From the NCBI GenBank assembly GCA_016201735.1, contig JACQCH010000002.1:1-62928 (forward strand): 62,928 bases of DNA, read 5' to 3'. Source of the DNA: Candidatus Omnitrophota bacterium (lineage in GTDB: Bacteria > Omnitrophota > Gorgyraeia > 1-14-0-20-64-10). Made by a program: the position numbers and the translations under genes. Of this stretch, positions 48,107-58,082 are shown in pieces. The notes beneath the pieces are model-generated. The model did not search any database. It was not told the origin of the DNA and saw only the letters and a program-made list of their open reading frames with translations. Every line of letters begins with the position of its first letter. Positions within the stretch are counted from its first letter, which is position 1.

Positions 48107-50056
48107 TCAGGCAGGCACCGGCTGCGCGGCAGGAGGACCTTCCGTCGATTCCTCAGGAGGGGCATCCGACATCACAATCCTCTTCGCCTCATCCCCATCC
48201 AGAACTTCCTTTTCCAGGAGAGCGGCGGAAAGCCGCTTCAGGCGATCCTTGTGCTGGATCAGAATATCCTTGGCCCGCTGATGGCACTCCTGAATAATCC
48301 GCTGAATCTCTTCATCGATCAGGACGGCCGTCTGGTCCGAGTAATTCCGCTCCTCGACGATGTCCCGGCCCAGAAACACCATCCCCTCCCTGCGCCCGTA
48401 GGTGAGAGACCCCAGACGGTCGCTCATCCCGTATTCGCAGACCATCCGGCGGGCGATCTCGGTCGCCACCTCCAGATCGTTCTGAGCGCCGGTGGTGATC
48501 TCGTCGAACGTCAGCTCCTCGGCGGACCGGCCCCCCAGGAGAACGGTGAGTTTTCCCAACAGCTCCTTCCGGGTCATGATGTACCGGTCCTCGAGCGGCA
48601 TCTGCATCGTGTACCCTAAGGCCGCCGTCCCCCGGGGAATGATGGACACCTTATGGACAGGATCCGAGCCGGGGACCATCATCGAGACCAGCGCGTGGCC
48701 CGACTCATGGCAGGCGACGATCTTCTTCTCGTAAGGGGAGATGAGGCGCGACTTTCGTTCCGGACCGGCCATGACCCGTTCGATCGCCGCCTCCAGCTCT
48801 TTCATCCCGACCCCCTCCCGGTCATACCGGGCCGCCAGGAGGGCCGCCTCGTTGCACAGGTTGGCCAGGTCAGCTCCGGAAAAACCGGGGGTCTGCCGGG
48901 CGATGGAATTTAAATCCACCTCCTTGCCCAGCTTGATCTTCCTCGTATGGACCTTCAAGATCTCCTCCCGCCCCCGCAGGTCCGGTCGGTCAACCACAAT
49001 CTGCCGATCAAACCGCCCGGGCCGAAGGAGGGCCGGATCCAGAACATCCGGCCGGTTCGTCGCCGCGACGAGCACCACCCCTTCCTGGGTATTGAATCCA
49101 TCCATCTCAACGAGAAGGGCATTCAAGGTCTGCTCCCGCTCATCGTGCCCGCCGCCGATCCCGGCGAAGCGCTGACGCCCGACCGCGTCGATCTCATCAA
49201 TGAAGATGATGCATCCCCGCGAGGCGGTCTTCGCCGATTTCTTCGCCTGGTCGAACAGGTCCCGCACACGGGAAGCCCCCACCCCGACGAACATCTCGAC
49301 GAAGTCGGACCCGCTGATCGAGAAGAACGGCACCCCCGCCTCGCCCGCGACCGCTTTTGCCAATAAAGTTTTTCCGCAACCCGGCGGGCCGAGCAAGAGA
49401 ACCCCTTTCGGGATCTTCCCACCCAGCCGCTGGAATTTCTTCGGATCCTTTAAGAACTCGATCACCTCCTGAAGCTCTTCCTTCGCCTCATTGACCCCCG
49501 CGACGTCTTGGAAGGTGATCCTCTGGGCCTCATCGGGCCCGATCTCCCGGGCTCGGCTCTTCCCGAAGGAGAGGATCCGGCTTCCCCCCTGCCCGCCCCG
49601 GTACAGAAGCATCCAGAGCACGCCTAAAAACAGAAACGGCCCCAGCAGATTGAACAGGAAATTCAGCCAGAAGGAAGAACGGGGCGGCTCGACCCGGAAG
49701 GTAGGAACCTGCTCCCGAATCCGCTTGACCATCTCAGGGTCCTGACCCGGATCCGGGACGTTGACTCGAAAACGCCGGCCGTTATCCAGTTCCCCTTCAA
49801 CGACGCTTCCCGCGAGCACCGCCGTTCGGATCTTTGGACCGACCTCATTGGGAGAAAGCCATTGAAAGAACTCCCCGTAGGAAATCTCTTCCGGGAGTCC
49901 CTGAACCGAGAGAGATCCTACCCGGTACAAGTAGAGGAAGGTAAAACCCAGCAGGATCCAAACCACCCATCGGAACCAGGGGGTGTTCGGCCGCCCCAAC
50001 GGCGAGGGGGGAGATGGAACCTTCTTATTATTTAAGGCAGTTGGAGTCGTTGACAT
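48107..50056 (-). CDS. ftsH: ATP-dependent zinc metalloprotease FtsH
   Basis: 649 aa; [13 protein letters not shown] Walker A and HESGHAL zinc site. Confidence 0.97.
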   Translation of the reverse strand: MSTTPTALNNKKVPSPPSPLGRPNTPWFRWVVWILLGFTFLYLYRVGSLSVQGLPEEISYGEFFQWLSPNEVGPKIRTAVLAGSVVEGELDNGRRFRVNVPDPGQDPEMVKRIREQVPTFRVEPPRSSFWLNFLFNLLGPFLFLGVLWMLLYRGGQGGSRILSFGKSRAREIGPDEAQRITFQDVAGVNEAKEELQEVIEFLKDPKKFQRLGGKIPKGVLLLGPPGCGKTLLAKAVAGEAGVPFFSISGSDFVEMFVGVGASRVRDLFDQAKKSAKTASRGCIIFIDEIDAVGRQRFAGIGGGHDEREQTLNALLVEMDGFNTQEGVVLVAATNRPDVLDPALLRPGRFDRQIVVDRPDLRGREEILKVHTRKIKLGKEVDLNSIARQTPGFSGADLANLCNEAALLAARYDREGVGMKELEAAIERVMAGPERKSRLISPYEKKIVACHESGHALVSMMVPGSDPVHKVSIIPRGTAALGYTMQMPLEDRYIMTRKELLGKLTVLLGGRSAEELTFDEITTGAQNDLEVATEIARRMVCEYGMSDRLGSLTYGRREGMVFLGRDIVEERNYSDQTAVLIDEEIQRIIQECHQRAKDILIQHKDRLKRLSAALLEKEVLDGDEAKRIVMSDAPPEESTEGPPAAQPVPA

Positions 50057-50063
50057 CTCATCT

Positions 50064-51065
50064 CTAGTTTACCAGATTCGCTCGTCGGATCAACAGCCAA
50101 CGTGAGTCCGGAAATTCCGCCCGAAAACCGTGCGGCAGATCCATCGGACTCGGATCCTTTTCCAATAAAAGCTCGTCCAGCGCCATCCAATGACGCGCGG
50201 TGAATCCGTTTCGATCTCCCTGGAGCTTTGCAATCGCCGACCGCAAGACAGCCCTTCGGAGGGCCGCGGGTTCCCGAACCAGCTTGCGGCGGCTCAACCG
50301 GATCCGATCCTTTCCCAGACGGGACATCCGACGCAAAGCGGCTCTCCCCTGGGATTCAAGCCAGTCCAGATCGGCCCGAACAATTTCCGCCAGGGTGCTG
50401 ACATGCCGGCGGAACCGGGGGCTGTATCTCTTCTCCAGAAGGGGAATCAGCTCATGCCGGATCTGGTTGCGCAGGAATTTTCGGGACTCGTTCGACCGGT
50501 CTTGGAGCGCCTGGATCCGATGATCCTTGAGATATCCTTCCACCTGGGCCCGGGAGATCTGGATGAGCGGCCGAATGATCGTGATCCCCTGCTGTTTCCG
50601 AACGGGCGGAATCCCGGCCAAGCCGGCCGTGCCGGCTCCCCTTAAGATCCACATCAAGACGGTCTCCGCCTGATCATCCTCGGTGTGGCCCAGCGCGATC
50701 TTTTTGCAACCGGTACGGATCGCCAATCCGGTCAGGGTCCGATACCGGACTTCCCGGGCCACCGCCTCTAGGGATTCCCCTCCCTCTTTCCGGACCTTGC
50801 GCCGGAGAATGCGAACCGGCACCCCCCAAAGCCGGCCCATCTTTCTGACTAAGGCCGCTTCCCGGGGAGCATCCGCCGGGCGCAATCCATGGTCAACGTA
50901 CGCCGCCCGCAGATTCAAGCGCAGCGAACCTCTCAGAGCAACGAGGGCGCTCAACAGAGCCATGGAGTCCGGCCCGCCGGAAACACCGACGAGAAGCCGA
51001 TCCTTCGGCTTAAGCATCCGGTGCTTCTGAATCGTGGAGCGGACGGCATCGAGGAAATTAGACAT
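50064..51065 (-). CDS. tilS: tRNA(Ile)-lysidine synthase
   Basis: Trimmed to the ATG at 51065. PP-loop VGVSGGPDS. The longer ORF overlaps the tRNA. Confidence 0.88.
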   Translation of the reverse strand: MSNFLDAVRSTIQKHRMLKPKDRLLVGVSGGPDSMALLSALVALRGSLRLNLRAAYVDHGLRPADAPREAALVRKMGRLWGVPVRILRRKVRKEGGESLEAVAREVRYRTLTGLAIRTGCKKIALGHTEDDQAETVLMWILRGAGTAGLAGIPPVRKQQGITIIRPLIQISRAQVEGYLKDHRIQALQDRSNESRKFLRNQIRHELIPLLEKRYSPRFRRHVSTLAEIVRADLDWLESQGRAALRRMSRLGKDRIRLSRRKLVREPAALRRAVLRSAIAKLQGDRNGFTARHWMALDELLLEKDPSPMDLPHGFRAEFPDSRWLLIRRANLVN

Positions 51066-51073
51066 AGAGGTAA

Positions 51074-51147
51074 TGGCGGCGACTGGATTTGAACCAGTGA
51101 CCAAGGGCTTATGAGTCCCCTGCTCTACCGGGCTGAGCTACGCCGCC
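51074..51147 (-). tRNA. tRNA with CAT anticodon (elongator type; Met or Ile2)
   Basis: Hand-folded: GGCGGCG acceptor with a normal G1-C72 pair, anticodon loop CTCATAA, variable TGGTC, T-arm ACTGG-TTCAAAT-CCAGT, 74 nt. Confidence 0.85.
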
Positions 51148-51294
51148 AAGAAGTTCGACCAACTCTGAAATTGTATACCTTTCTAAGAAGGTCACACAAA
51201 ATTCTTGCATTCTGAAAGAGGGGTACAGGTTGGTCGAACTTCTTCCGAGGGAAGAACCACTGCCTGGTTCTTCCCTCGGACCTCCCTTCTCCGG

Positions 51295-51340
51295 CAAAAA
51301 CAAAAGGTGCTGTTGGGGGAGATTGTACATCTCCCCCAAC
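51295..51340 (-). terminator. Putative rho-independent terminator
   Basis: RNA sense: GTTGGGGGAGAT-GTACA-ATCTCCCCCAAC, then AGCACC and TTTTGTTTTTG. Confidence 0.5.
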
Positions 51341-51397
51341 ACACCCCCTCTTCTAGAGGATACCCCTTTCCTCCAGAGGAAATGAGTATAGCATATG

Positions 51398-51491
51398 GGC
51401 CACGGGTGACGCGGTGATGCCCTGCGCGTGGGAGGATCCACACCGGGCGGAGGGGCCCACCCGCGGGGCGAACCGCGGCAGGACCCGTGGC
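51398..51491. repeat. Short element R3 sharing the termini of R2
   Basis: GGCCACGGGT ... CAGGACCCGTGGC, the same terminal stem as 42002..42222. Internal CCGCGG-GGCGAA-CCGCGG hairpin. Confidence 0.5.
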
Positions 51492-51500
51492 TGGCGGCTT

Positions 51501-51716
51501 CTAAAGTTCGAGGGTGAGGCGGGAGAAACCGAGGATCCGGGCCTGGTGGACCAGATCCCTGCGCAGAGCCGGATCGGCCAGGAGTCGGGCTCGGCCGGCG
51601 GCGGGGAGTTTTACGACGAGGATGTCTCCCTGAGGATCCAGAGCGGTATCTGAAAGCCCTGCTTCATTCAACTGCTTCACGATCAAATCAAGTAACGCAA
51701 CATGCTGGCCGCTCAT
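51501..51716 (-). CDS. Hypothetical 71-aa protein coupled to mnmA
   Basis: In-frame ATG overlapping the mnmA stop (ATGA): MSGQHVALLDLIVKQLNEAGL... No family recognised. Confidence 0.45.
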   Translation of the reverse strand: MSGQHVALLDLIVKQLNEAGLSDTALDPQGDILVVKLPAAGRARLLADPALRRDLVHQARILGFSRLTLEL

Positions 51717-52804
51717 GCGCGCACTGTCTTTTCGATCCAGCCGCCGGCCAACACAATGTCGCCGTCGTAAAAGACGGCGGCCTGACCGGGAGTGACTCCG
51801 CCTCCCACCGGCTCTTTGAATTCCACCCGGAGGCGCGGACCGTCGGGAACCAGCCGAACCGGCAGCTTCCCGCTCCGGTACCGGATCTTGACCGACGCCT
51901 CCATCGGCTCTTTCAAACCGGGAATCGCGCCCCAAGCCAGCTCCCGCACCTGACAGAAAGAGGCCTTAAGCTCCTCCTCTTCTCCGACGATCACCCGGTT
52001 CGCCGATGGATCGATCTCTAAAACATAGAGAGGGGTCGGGTGAGCGACCCCGAGTCCCCGCCGCTGGCCCACGGTGTAGGCGGCGATCCCCTGGTGAGTT
52101 CCGAGGACCCGCCCCTGGCGGTTCACGATCTGCCCCGGCTGAAACGCCTCCGGGGCTCTTGCCCGCAGGAATCCTTTCGTATCTCCATCCGGAATGAAAC
52201 AAAGCTCCATCGACTCCGGCTTCTCGGCCACTTTTAAGCCGGCCTTCCGGGCCGCCTCCCGGACTTCCGATTTCGTTTTGTCCCCGAGCGGCAGTTTTAG
52301 ACGGGAAAGCTGATCCTGGGTCAACTGATATAAGACGTACGATTGGTCCTTGTTCGGATCGACCGCCTCCTTCAAGAAATACCGCCGCCGGCCCTGATCG
52401 AAACCGACCCGGGCGTAATGGCCGGTGGCGAGCCACTGAGCCCCAAGCTCCCTGGCCCGATCCAGAAGTATCCCGCACTTGATCTGCCGGTTGCAGACCA
52501 CACAGGGGTTCGGAGTCCAGCCGTGCGTGTACCCCTCGACAAAATAATCCATCACGTTGGACTTGAATTCCTTGGCCGCCTCGACCACGTAAAAAGGGAT
52601 GCCCAGCTGCTGGGCGACCGCCCGGGCATCCTCGATGTCCCGGGTGGAACAGCAGGTTTGGGCTTTCGGGACCGTGTCGCACAACTCCTTCGGCCAGGTC
52701 TTTAAGGTCATGCCGATCACCCGGCAGCCGGCATCCCGAAGCAGGGCGGCGGCCACCGAGGAATCGACCCCGCCCGACATGGCAACGACAACGGTTTCAG
52801 ACAT
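51713..52804 (-). CDS. mnmA: tRNA 2-thiouridine(34) synthase
   Basis: 363 aa; PP-loop VAMSGGVDSS and the conserved CC..RD region. Confidence 0.94.
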   Translation of the reverse strand: MSETVVVAMSGGVDSSVAAALLRDAGCRVIGMTLKTWPKELCDTVPKAQTCCSTRDIEDARAVAQQLGIPFYVVEAAKEFKSNVMDYFVEGYTHGWTPNPCVVCNRQIKCGILLDRARELGAQWLATGHYARVGFDQGRRRYFLKEAVDPNKDQSYVLYQLTQDQLSRLKLPLGDKTKSEVREAARKAGLKVAEKPESMELCFIPDGDTKGFLRARAPEAFQPGQIVNRQGRVLGTHQGIAAYTVGQRRGLGVAHPTPLYVLEIDPSANRVIVGEEEELKASFCQVRELAWGAIPGLKEPMEASVKIRYRSGKLPVRLVPDGPRLRVEFKEPVGGGVTPGQAAVFYDGDIVLAGGWIEKTVRA

Positions 52805-52815
52805 TCTTGAATGTC

Positions 52816-53496
52816 TCAGACATTCTTCAAGATCCAGATCACGCCCAAAACAAGGCCCGACAAAGAGGTGAGGATCACCAGCACCCGGTAAATCTTCCGG
52901 CCGGTCTGATTGGCCCGGTGATAGAACCGGCCCGCGAGATAACCGTATCCGCTCATCGAGACCGCGCAGCCCAAGCTGAACAGCCCGATGTAGATGTACG
53001 CCAGCCAGGCCGCCGCCATCATCGTGATCGGGATCAGGACGAACAGCTCCACCGTCCCTGAGGCCCCGTGAACCATCCCGACCAGCGTCGGGGCGAACCA
53101 GTGAACGTGCCCCCGCCCCGGTTCATGGGAATGAAGATGGGTGTGCTCCGTCTTTACGTGGGCGTGCCGATGTTCATGCCGGCGCTCCTGCATCAATAGA
53201 ACGAGACGCCAGATCCCCAGGATTAATAAGGAGACCCCGACCGCCAGCTCCGCGTACCGTTCAAAGGAAGGATCGAACTTCAGATGAAACAGGATGATCA
53301 GCGAACCCAGGATCAGAACGGTCAAGGCGTGCCCGATCGCCCAGCGGCAGCCGAACCAGGCGCTCTTCAAAGGGTCCGGCTCCAGAGAAACGAAATGGGT
53401 CACCGCCGCGACGTGATCCCGATCGAAGGCGTGCCGGATCCCCAGGACGAGCCCGGTTAAGAGTAAGAGCGCGGATTGGAAAGAAGACGCTTCCAC
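52816..53496 (-). CDS. NicO/RcnA-like nickel/cobalt transporter
   Basis: 226 aa, multi-TM. Has the HAFDRDH (HX4DH) signature and the His-rich loop RRHEHRHAHVKTEHTHLHSH. Confidence 0.65.
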   Translation of the reverse strand: MEASSFQSALLLLTGLVLGIRHAFDRDHVAAVTHFVSLEPDPLKSAWFGCRWAIGHALTVLILGSLIILFHLKFDPSFERYAELAVGVSLLILGIWRLVLLMQERRHEHRHAHVKTEHTHLHSHEPGRGHVHWFAPTLVGMVHGASGTVELFVLIPITMMAAAWLAYIYIGLFSLGCAVSMSGYGYLAGRFYHRANQTGRKIYRVLVILTSLSGLVLGVIWILKNV

Positions 53497-54326
53497 TCAT
53501 CCTCCGGCATCGAGTAGCTTTCCTCGGCGGAAGGAAAGGAGCCATCCTGGACGGCTTCTTTGAATTCCCTCAACGCCTTCAAGATGATCTGATCCAGGCG
53601 GGTGAAGGTCCGGATAAACTTCGGGGGATGGAAAGATCCGGTCAAGCTCAACAGATCCTGCGTCACCAGCACCTGCCCGTCGCAGTGGGCTCCGGCGCCG
53701 ATCCCGATCGTCGGGATCCGAAGCTTCTGGCTGACCGCCTGGGCCACCTGGGCAGGCACGCACTCCAGCACGATCCCAAAACAGCCCAGGGCCTCCAACT
53801 CCAACGCCGCCTCCAAAAGTTTCTCCGCCTCCTCGGCGGTCTTGGCCTGCACCTTGAAGCCGCCGACCCATCCGGCGGTCTGCGGGGTGAGCCCCAGATG
53901 TCCTAAAACCGGGATCCCTGCCTCCAGGATCGCCCGGACCGCCGCGACCCAATCCCGCGAACCGAGTCGCCCCTCCAACTTCACCGCGTCGCAGCCGGCC
54001 TCCTTGAGGAACCGGCCGGCGTTCTTGACCGTCTCCTCCCTGGAGACGTTGAAGGACATAAACGGCATGTCTCCGACCAAAAGAGCCTGGGAGACCCCGC
54101 GCCGGACCGCCTTGGTGTGGTGGAGCATCTCTTCCATGGTGACTGGGACGGTCGTCGGATAACCGAGCGCCACCATCCCCAGGGAATCCCCCACAAGGAT
54201 GATGTCCACCCCGGCCTCATCCAGCAGACGGGCCAGCGGCAGATCGTAGGCGGTCAGCATCGTGATCTTCTGGCCCCGCCCTTTTTTCTCGATCAGATCC
54301 GGAATCGTTACTTTTGGATTTGTAAT
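53457..54326 (-). CDS. panB: 3-methyl-2-oxobutanoate hydroxymethyltransferase, probably with a non-canonical start
   Basis: The track ORF starts at ATG 54260 (MLTAYD), but the in-frame upstream codons encode KVTIPDLIEKKGRGQKIT, the conserved PanB N-terminus. ATT at 54326 lies 6 nt after GGAGGT. Confidence 0.8.
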   Translation of the reverse strand: MTNPKVTIPDLIEKKGRGQKITMLTAYDLPLARLLDEAGVDIILVGDSLGMVALGYPTTVPVTMEEMLHHTKAVRRGVSQALLVGDMPFMSFNVSREETVKNAGRFLKEAGCDAVKLEGRLGSRDWVAAVRAILEAGIPVLGHLGLTPQTAGWVGGFKVQAKTAEEAEKLLEAALELEALGCFGIVLECVPAQVAQAVSQKLRIPTIGIGAGAHCDGQVLVTQDLLSLTGSFHPPKFIRTFTRLDQIILKALREFKEAVQDGSFPSAEESYSMPEDEWKRLLSNPRSYS

Positions 54327-55183
54327 TTGAATACCTCCACGGTATTTCGCATGAGGGTGGCGACCACCACCGGCCCCACCCCGCCCGGCACCGGGGTGAT
54401 GAAGCTGGCCACCTTCACCGCCTCGTCAAACTCCACGTCCCCCTGAAGCGTCCCGTCGACCAAGCTCGTCCCCACGTCGATCACAATGGCCCCCGGCCGG
54501 ATCCAAGACCCTTTCACCAGATGCGGCCTTCCCACCGCCACGACCAGGATCTCCGCCCGCCGGACATGCTCGATCAAGCGGCCCCGGTCGGAGGTAGCCA
54601 CGTGGCAGATCGTCGTCGTGCAGAACCGGTCCAACAGCATCAGGGAGACCGGCTTGCCGATCAGCTCGCTGTGGCCGACGATCACCGCCTCCTTCCCGTA
54701 CAGGTCGCAGCCGGTGGCGTTGATCAGCTCCATGACTGCGAGAGAGGTGCAGGTGCCGATCCTGGACCAGCCGAAAACCGCCTGCCCGATGTGCTGGGGG
54801 TGGATCCCCTCCACATCCTTGCGGGGATCCACGCCGGCGGAGATTCCCTTGGCGTCGAGCGCAGGCGGCAGCGGAAATTGCACGGTCAGCCCGGTAATCT
54901 GCGGATCCCGGTTCCACCCGTTGATCCGCTCGATCAGTTCCTTCTGCGTGACATCGGCCTTCAGCCGCTCCAGCCGGTAGCCGATCCCCAAAGCGGCGGC
55001 CGCCTTCATCTGGGACCGGACGAAAAGATCCGAGGCCGGCTGAACTCCGACCTGCACCGTCAAAAGGAACGGAACCCGGCCGTGCCGGGCCTTCAAAGCC
55101 GCCACCTCCGACTTCAACTGCTCCTGGATCTTGGCGGCGACGGCCCGCCCATCCAGAATCTGCGCGGTAGCCGGGAGCGTCAT
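54308..55183 (-). CDS. folD: Methylenetetrahydrofolate dehydrogenase/methenyl-THF cyclohydrolase
   Basis: 291 aa; ILDGRAVAAKI N-terminus and PGGVGP motif. Confidence 0.94.
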   Translation of the reverse strand: MTLPATAQILDGRAVAAKIQEQLKSEVAALKARHGRVPFLLTVQVGVQPASDLFVRSQMKAAAALGIGYRLERLKADVTQKELIERINGWNRDPQITGLTVQFPLPPALDAKGISAGVDPRKDVEGIHPQHIGQAVFGWSRIGTCTSLAVMELINATGCDLYGKEAVIVGHSELIGKPVSLMLLDRFCTTTICHVATSDRGRLIEHVRRAEILVVAVGRPHLVKGSWIRPGAIVIDVGTSLVDGTLQGDVEFDEAVKVASFITPVPGGVGPVVVATLMRNTVEVFKLQIQK

Positions 55184-55665
55184 TTTAAATTAATCTCCAC
55201 CATCATCCGCGCCGCTTCAAAGGCCCCTCGAAGCAGTACCTGTCCCGCCTTCAAATCAGACCCTAAAGAAGAACCCGCGAAAGGGCGCAGCCCACCCAAG
55301 ATCGAAACTCCCCGGGAGGCGGCTTCGCAGATCTTCATGGGGGACTGGATCGCCTGCTTTTTAGCAGCCGAAATTCCTCGCTTGGCTTTTAAGGCCTGAA
55401 CCAATCCCAAATACGCCTGCGCATCCTCCCGGATCAACCGCCGCAGTTTCCGGGAAAGTTGATCCAGTGTTTTCAGAGTTCGCTTCAGCCTTGATTGGGA
55501 TCCCAAGCTGAGACTCCGGCGGGCCAAAAGAACCCGGCAAACCTTGCTTCCCAACTCGATCCCGAGGCACCCCGCCAGCGCCGCGGCGGACCCTCCGCCC
55601 GGAACCGATTTCTCGGAACCCAGCTCGTTGAGGAATTCTTCGATGGTCCAGCTCGGGGAAACCAT
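55180..55665 (-). CDS. Cyclodeaminase/cyclohydrolase family protein (FTCD_C, FchA-like)
   Basis: 161 aa; VPGGGSAAALAG motif of the formiminotransferase-cyclodeaminase C-domain. Confidence 0.75.
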   Translation of the reverse strand: MVSPSWTIEEFLNELGSEKSVPGGGSAAALAGCLGIELGSKVCRVLLARRSLSLGSQSRLKRTLKTLDQLSRKLRRLIREDAQAYLGLVQALKAKRGISAAKKQAIQSPMKICEAASRGVSILGGLRPFAGSSLGSDLKAGQVLLRGAFEAARMMVEINLK

Positions 55666-55668
55666 CGA

Positions 55669-57363
55669 CTAGAACAGCCCCGTAATCCGCCCATTCGCAT
55701 CCACGTCCAACTTTTCCGCCAACGGAGACTTCGGCAGGCCCGGCATCGTCAGGATCTTTCCGGTCAGCGCGACCAGGAACCGGGCTCCCGCCGCCGCACG
55801 GACTTCCCGGACCTTCAGCTTCCAGCCGCGCGGGGCTCCTTTCACTTTCGGATCATCGGTCAGAGAGAGCTGGGTCTTGGCCATGTTGATCGGAAGGCCC
55901 GCGAACCCGTCCCGCGTGAGCCGCTCGATATCGGCGGAGGCGGTCTCAACGTATTCGACGCCGTCGGCCCCGTAGATTTCCCGGGCGATCGTCTCAATCT
56001 TCGAGGCGATCGGCTGGTCCAGCGGATACAACGGCTGGAACCTGCCCGCCCTCTCCTGGAGAGCGGCGAGCACCTCCTTGGCCACATCCACTCCGCCGGG
56101 TCCCCCCCGTTCCCTCACTTCAGAAACGGCGCACCGGACCTTCAAGCCCAGGCAATGTTCCTGAATCAAGCGAAGTTCCGTCGGCGAATCGCCGGAAAAC
56201 CGGTTGATCGTCACCACCGGGATGATTCCGAACCGGCGGATAATCTCCACGTGCCTCTCCAGATTCTCAAATCCCCGCTGCAGAGCCCGGGGTTCTTCCT
56301 TCCCCGTCGCTTCCTCAAGAGACAATCCGCCGTGGACCTTTAAGGCCCGGAGGGTCACCACCAGAACCGCCGCCTCCGGCTTAAATCCGGCGGAGCGGGC
56401 GACGATGTCGCAGAACTTCTCGAACCCAAGATCGGAGCCGAACCCGCATTCCGTCACGCAGTAATCGGAAAGCCGCAGTGCCATCTCGGTCGCCAGGACC
56501 GAATTCGCCCCGTGCGCCATGTTGGCGAAGGGGCCGGCATGGATGAAAACCGGCTGCCCCTCCAGGGTCTGCACCAAGTTCGGCTTGATCGCGTCCTTCA
56601 TGAGCAGGGCCATCGCCCCGACGGCGTTGATCTGCGCCGCCCTGACCGGCCGCCCCTCAGCGGTCAGGGCAACCACCATGGAACCCAGCCGTTCCTTAAA
56701 ATCCGAGAAATCCTTTGAAAGGGCCAAGATCGCCATCACCTCGCTCGCCACCGTGATGTCGAATCCGGTTTCCCGTTTCAAGTACCCGACCCCCCCCAAC
56801 CCGACCTGGACATGGCGCAGGTTCCGGTCCGGGATCTCCGAGACCCGCCGCCAGAGGATCCGGTTCGGATCGATCGAGAGGGAATTTCCATGAATCACAT
56901 GGTTCTCGACCAGAGCGGTCAACAGATTGTGGGCGGTCCCGACGGCATGGATATCCCCGGTGAAATGAAGGTTGATGTCGTCCATCGGAAGGATCTGGGC
57001 GAAGCCGGAGCCGCAGGCGCCGCCCTTCACACCGAAGATCGGACCGATCGATGGCTCCCGCAGAGTCAGGATCACCTTCTTGCGCAGGTGTCCAAGGGCC
57101 TGCGTCAACCCGATGGCGGTCGAGGTCTTCCCCTCTCCGGCTTCGGTCGGCGTCATCGCCGTCACCAGGATCAGCTTCCCCGTCGGGCGGCTTTGAATCC
57201 GATCCAGCGCCTTTAAAGAGACCTTCGCCTTGTACTGGCCGTAAACTTCCAGCTCCTCCATCCGGATCCCCGCCACACGGGCGATCTCCGTAATCTGGAG
57301 GGGCCGGGCCGCTTGGGCGATTTCAATGTTGGATTGCAGCTTCCGGGCCGTCTCGATGGGCAT
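55669..57363 (-). CDS. fhs: Formate-tetrahydrofolate ligase
   Basis: 564 aa; PTEAGEGKTSTAIGL motif. Confidence 0.96.
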   Translation of the reverse strand: MPIETARKLQSNIEIAQAARPLQITEIARVAGIRMEELEVYGQYKAKVSLKALDRIQSRPTGKLILVTAMTPTEAGEGKTSTAIGLTQALGHLRKKVILTLREPSIGPIFGVKGGACGSGFAQILPMDDINLHFTGDIHAVGTAHNLLTALVENHVIHGNSLSIDPNRILWRRVSEIPDRNLRHVQVGLGGVGYLKRETGFDITVASEVMAILALSKDFSDFKERLGSMVVALTAEGRPVRAAQINAVGAMALLMKDAIKPNLVQTLEGQPVFIHAGPFANMAHGANSVLATEMALRLSDYCVTECGFGSDLGFEKFCDIVARSAGFKPEAAVLVVTLRALKVHGGLSLEEATGKEEPRALQRGFENLERHVEIIRRFGIIPVVTINRFSGDSPTELRLIQEHCLGLKVRCAVSEVRERGGPGGVDVAKEVLAALQERAGRFQPLYPLDQPIASKIETIAREIYGADGVEYVETASADIERLTRDGFAGLPINMAKTQLSLTDDPKVKGAPRGWKLKVREVRAAAGARFLVALTGKILTMPGLPKSPLAEKLDVDANGRITGLF

Positions 57364-57396
57364 AGAAAAATATTATATCAGATGTTGCGCGAGGGT

Positions 57397-57708
57397 TCAG
57401 GCCGCCTTAGCCCGATGAGGATGGAATCGGACTTCGAGTTCGCTGTCCAAAGCAACGGCGAGCTTCACCAAGGTTTCCAGACTGAAATTATGGGTTTCAC
57501 CCGATTCCAGTTTGGCAATGAAGGGCTGGCTCACTCCAATGCGGTGTGCAAGCCCTGCCTGGGTTAATCCTTGTTGTTCCCGGAGCCGAATGAGGGTATC
57601 CACGATCCGAAGCTTCTCCAGTTCCTCTTCATAGCCCTTCCGAAATCTGGCATCTCTCAGAAGAGATCTGAGCACCTCCTGATGAGTTTTAGCCCTTATT
57701 TGCTTCAT
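57397..57708 (-). CDS. XRE-family HTH antitoxin (HigA-like)
   Basis: 103 aa; LTQAGLAHRIGVSQPFIAKLESGE HTH. 4-nt overlap with the upstream toxin gene. Confidence 0.75.
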   Translation of the reverse strand: MKQIRAKTHQEVLRSLLRDARFRKGYEEELEKLRIVDTLIRLREQQGLTQAGLAHRIGVSQPFIAKLESGETHNFSLETLVKLAVALDSELEVRFHPHRAKAA

Positions 57709-58076
57709 AGTAACTCACCTCCCAAAGAAACTTCTCCTTGTCGGTATCGCCGCAGGAAATCTTGCATATGGGTTAATGCAACCCGCTTCTCTCTTTCCGG
57801 CAGCCTATCCGTTCTCTTCCGAAACAGATGAACGACCACGGCGTATTCTTTGAGCATAAAGAAATACAACACCCGATGCGCTCTGGGTCGAAGCTCATAA
57901 ATCTTGTCGCCAACGTAATCCGCCATCGGCCGGCGAAGTTCCTCACCCTTTTCTTCCAACAGCGAAATGTAGGCAAATATCTTCTGTTGCTCTTCCAATG
58001 TGAGCTTATGGATATCTTCAAGAATCGGGCTGTCACCCCCTGCATCAACGTAGTAAACAACCCTCTTCCTGCCCAT
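57705..58076 (-). CDS. RelE/ParE-superfamily toxin, Gp49/HigB-like
   Basis: 123 aa; IYELRPRAHRVLYFF..VVVHLFRKR pattern. The toxin-first order is typical of higBA. Confidence 0.7.
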   Translation of the reverse strand: MGRKRVVYYVDAGGDSPILEDIHKLTLEEQQKIFAYISLLEEKGEELRRPMADYVGDKIYELRPRAHRVLYFFMLKEYAVVVHLFRKRTDRLPEREKRVALTHMQDFLRRYRQGEVSLGGELL

Positions 58077-58082
58077 AAAACA

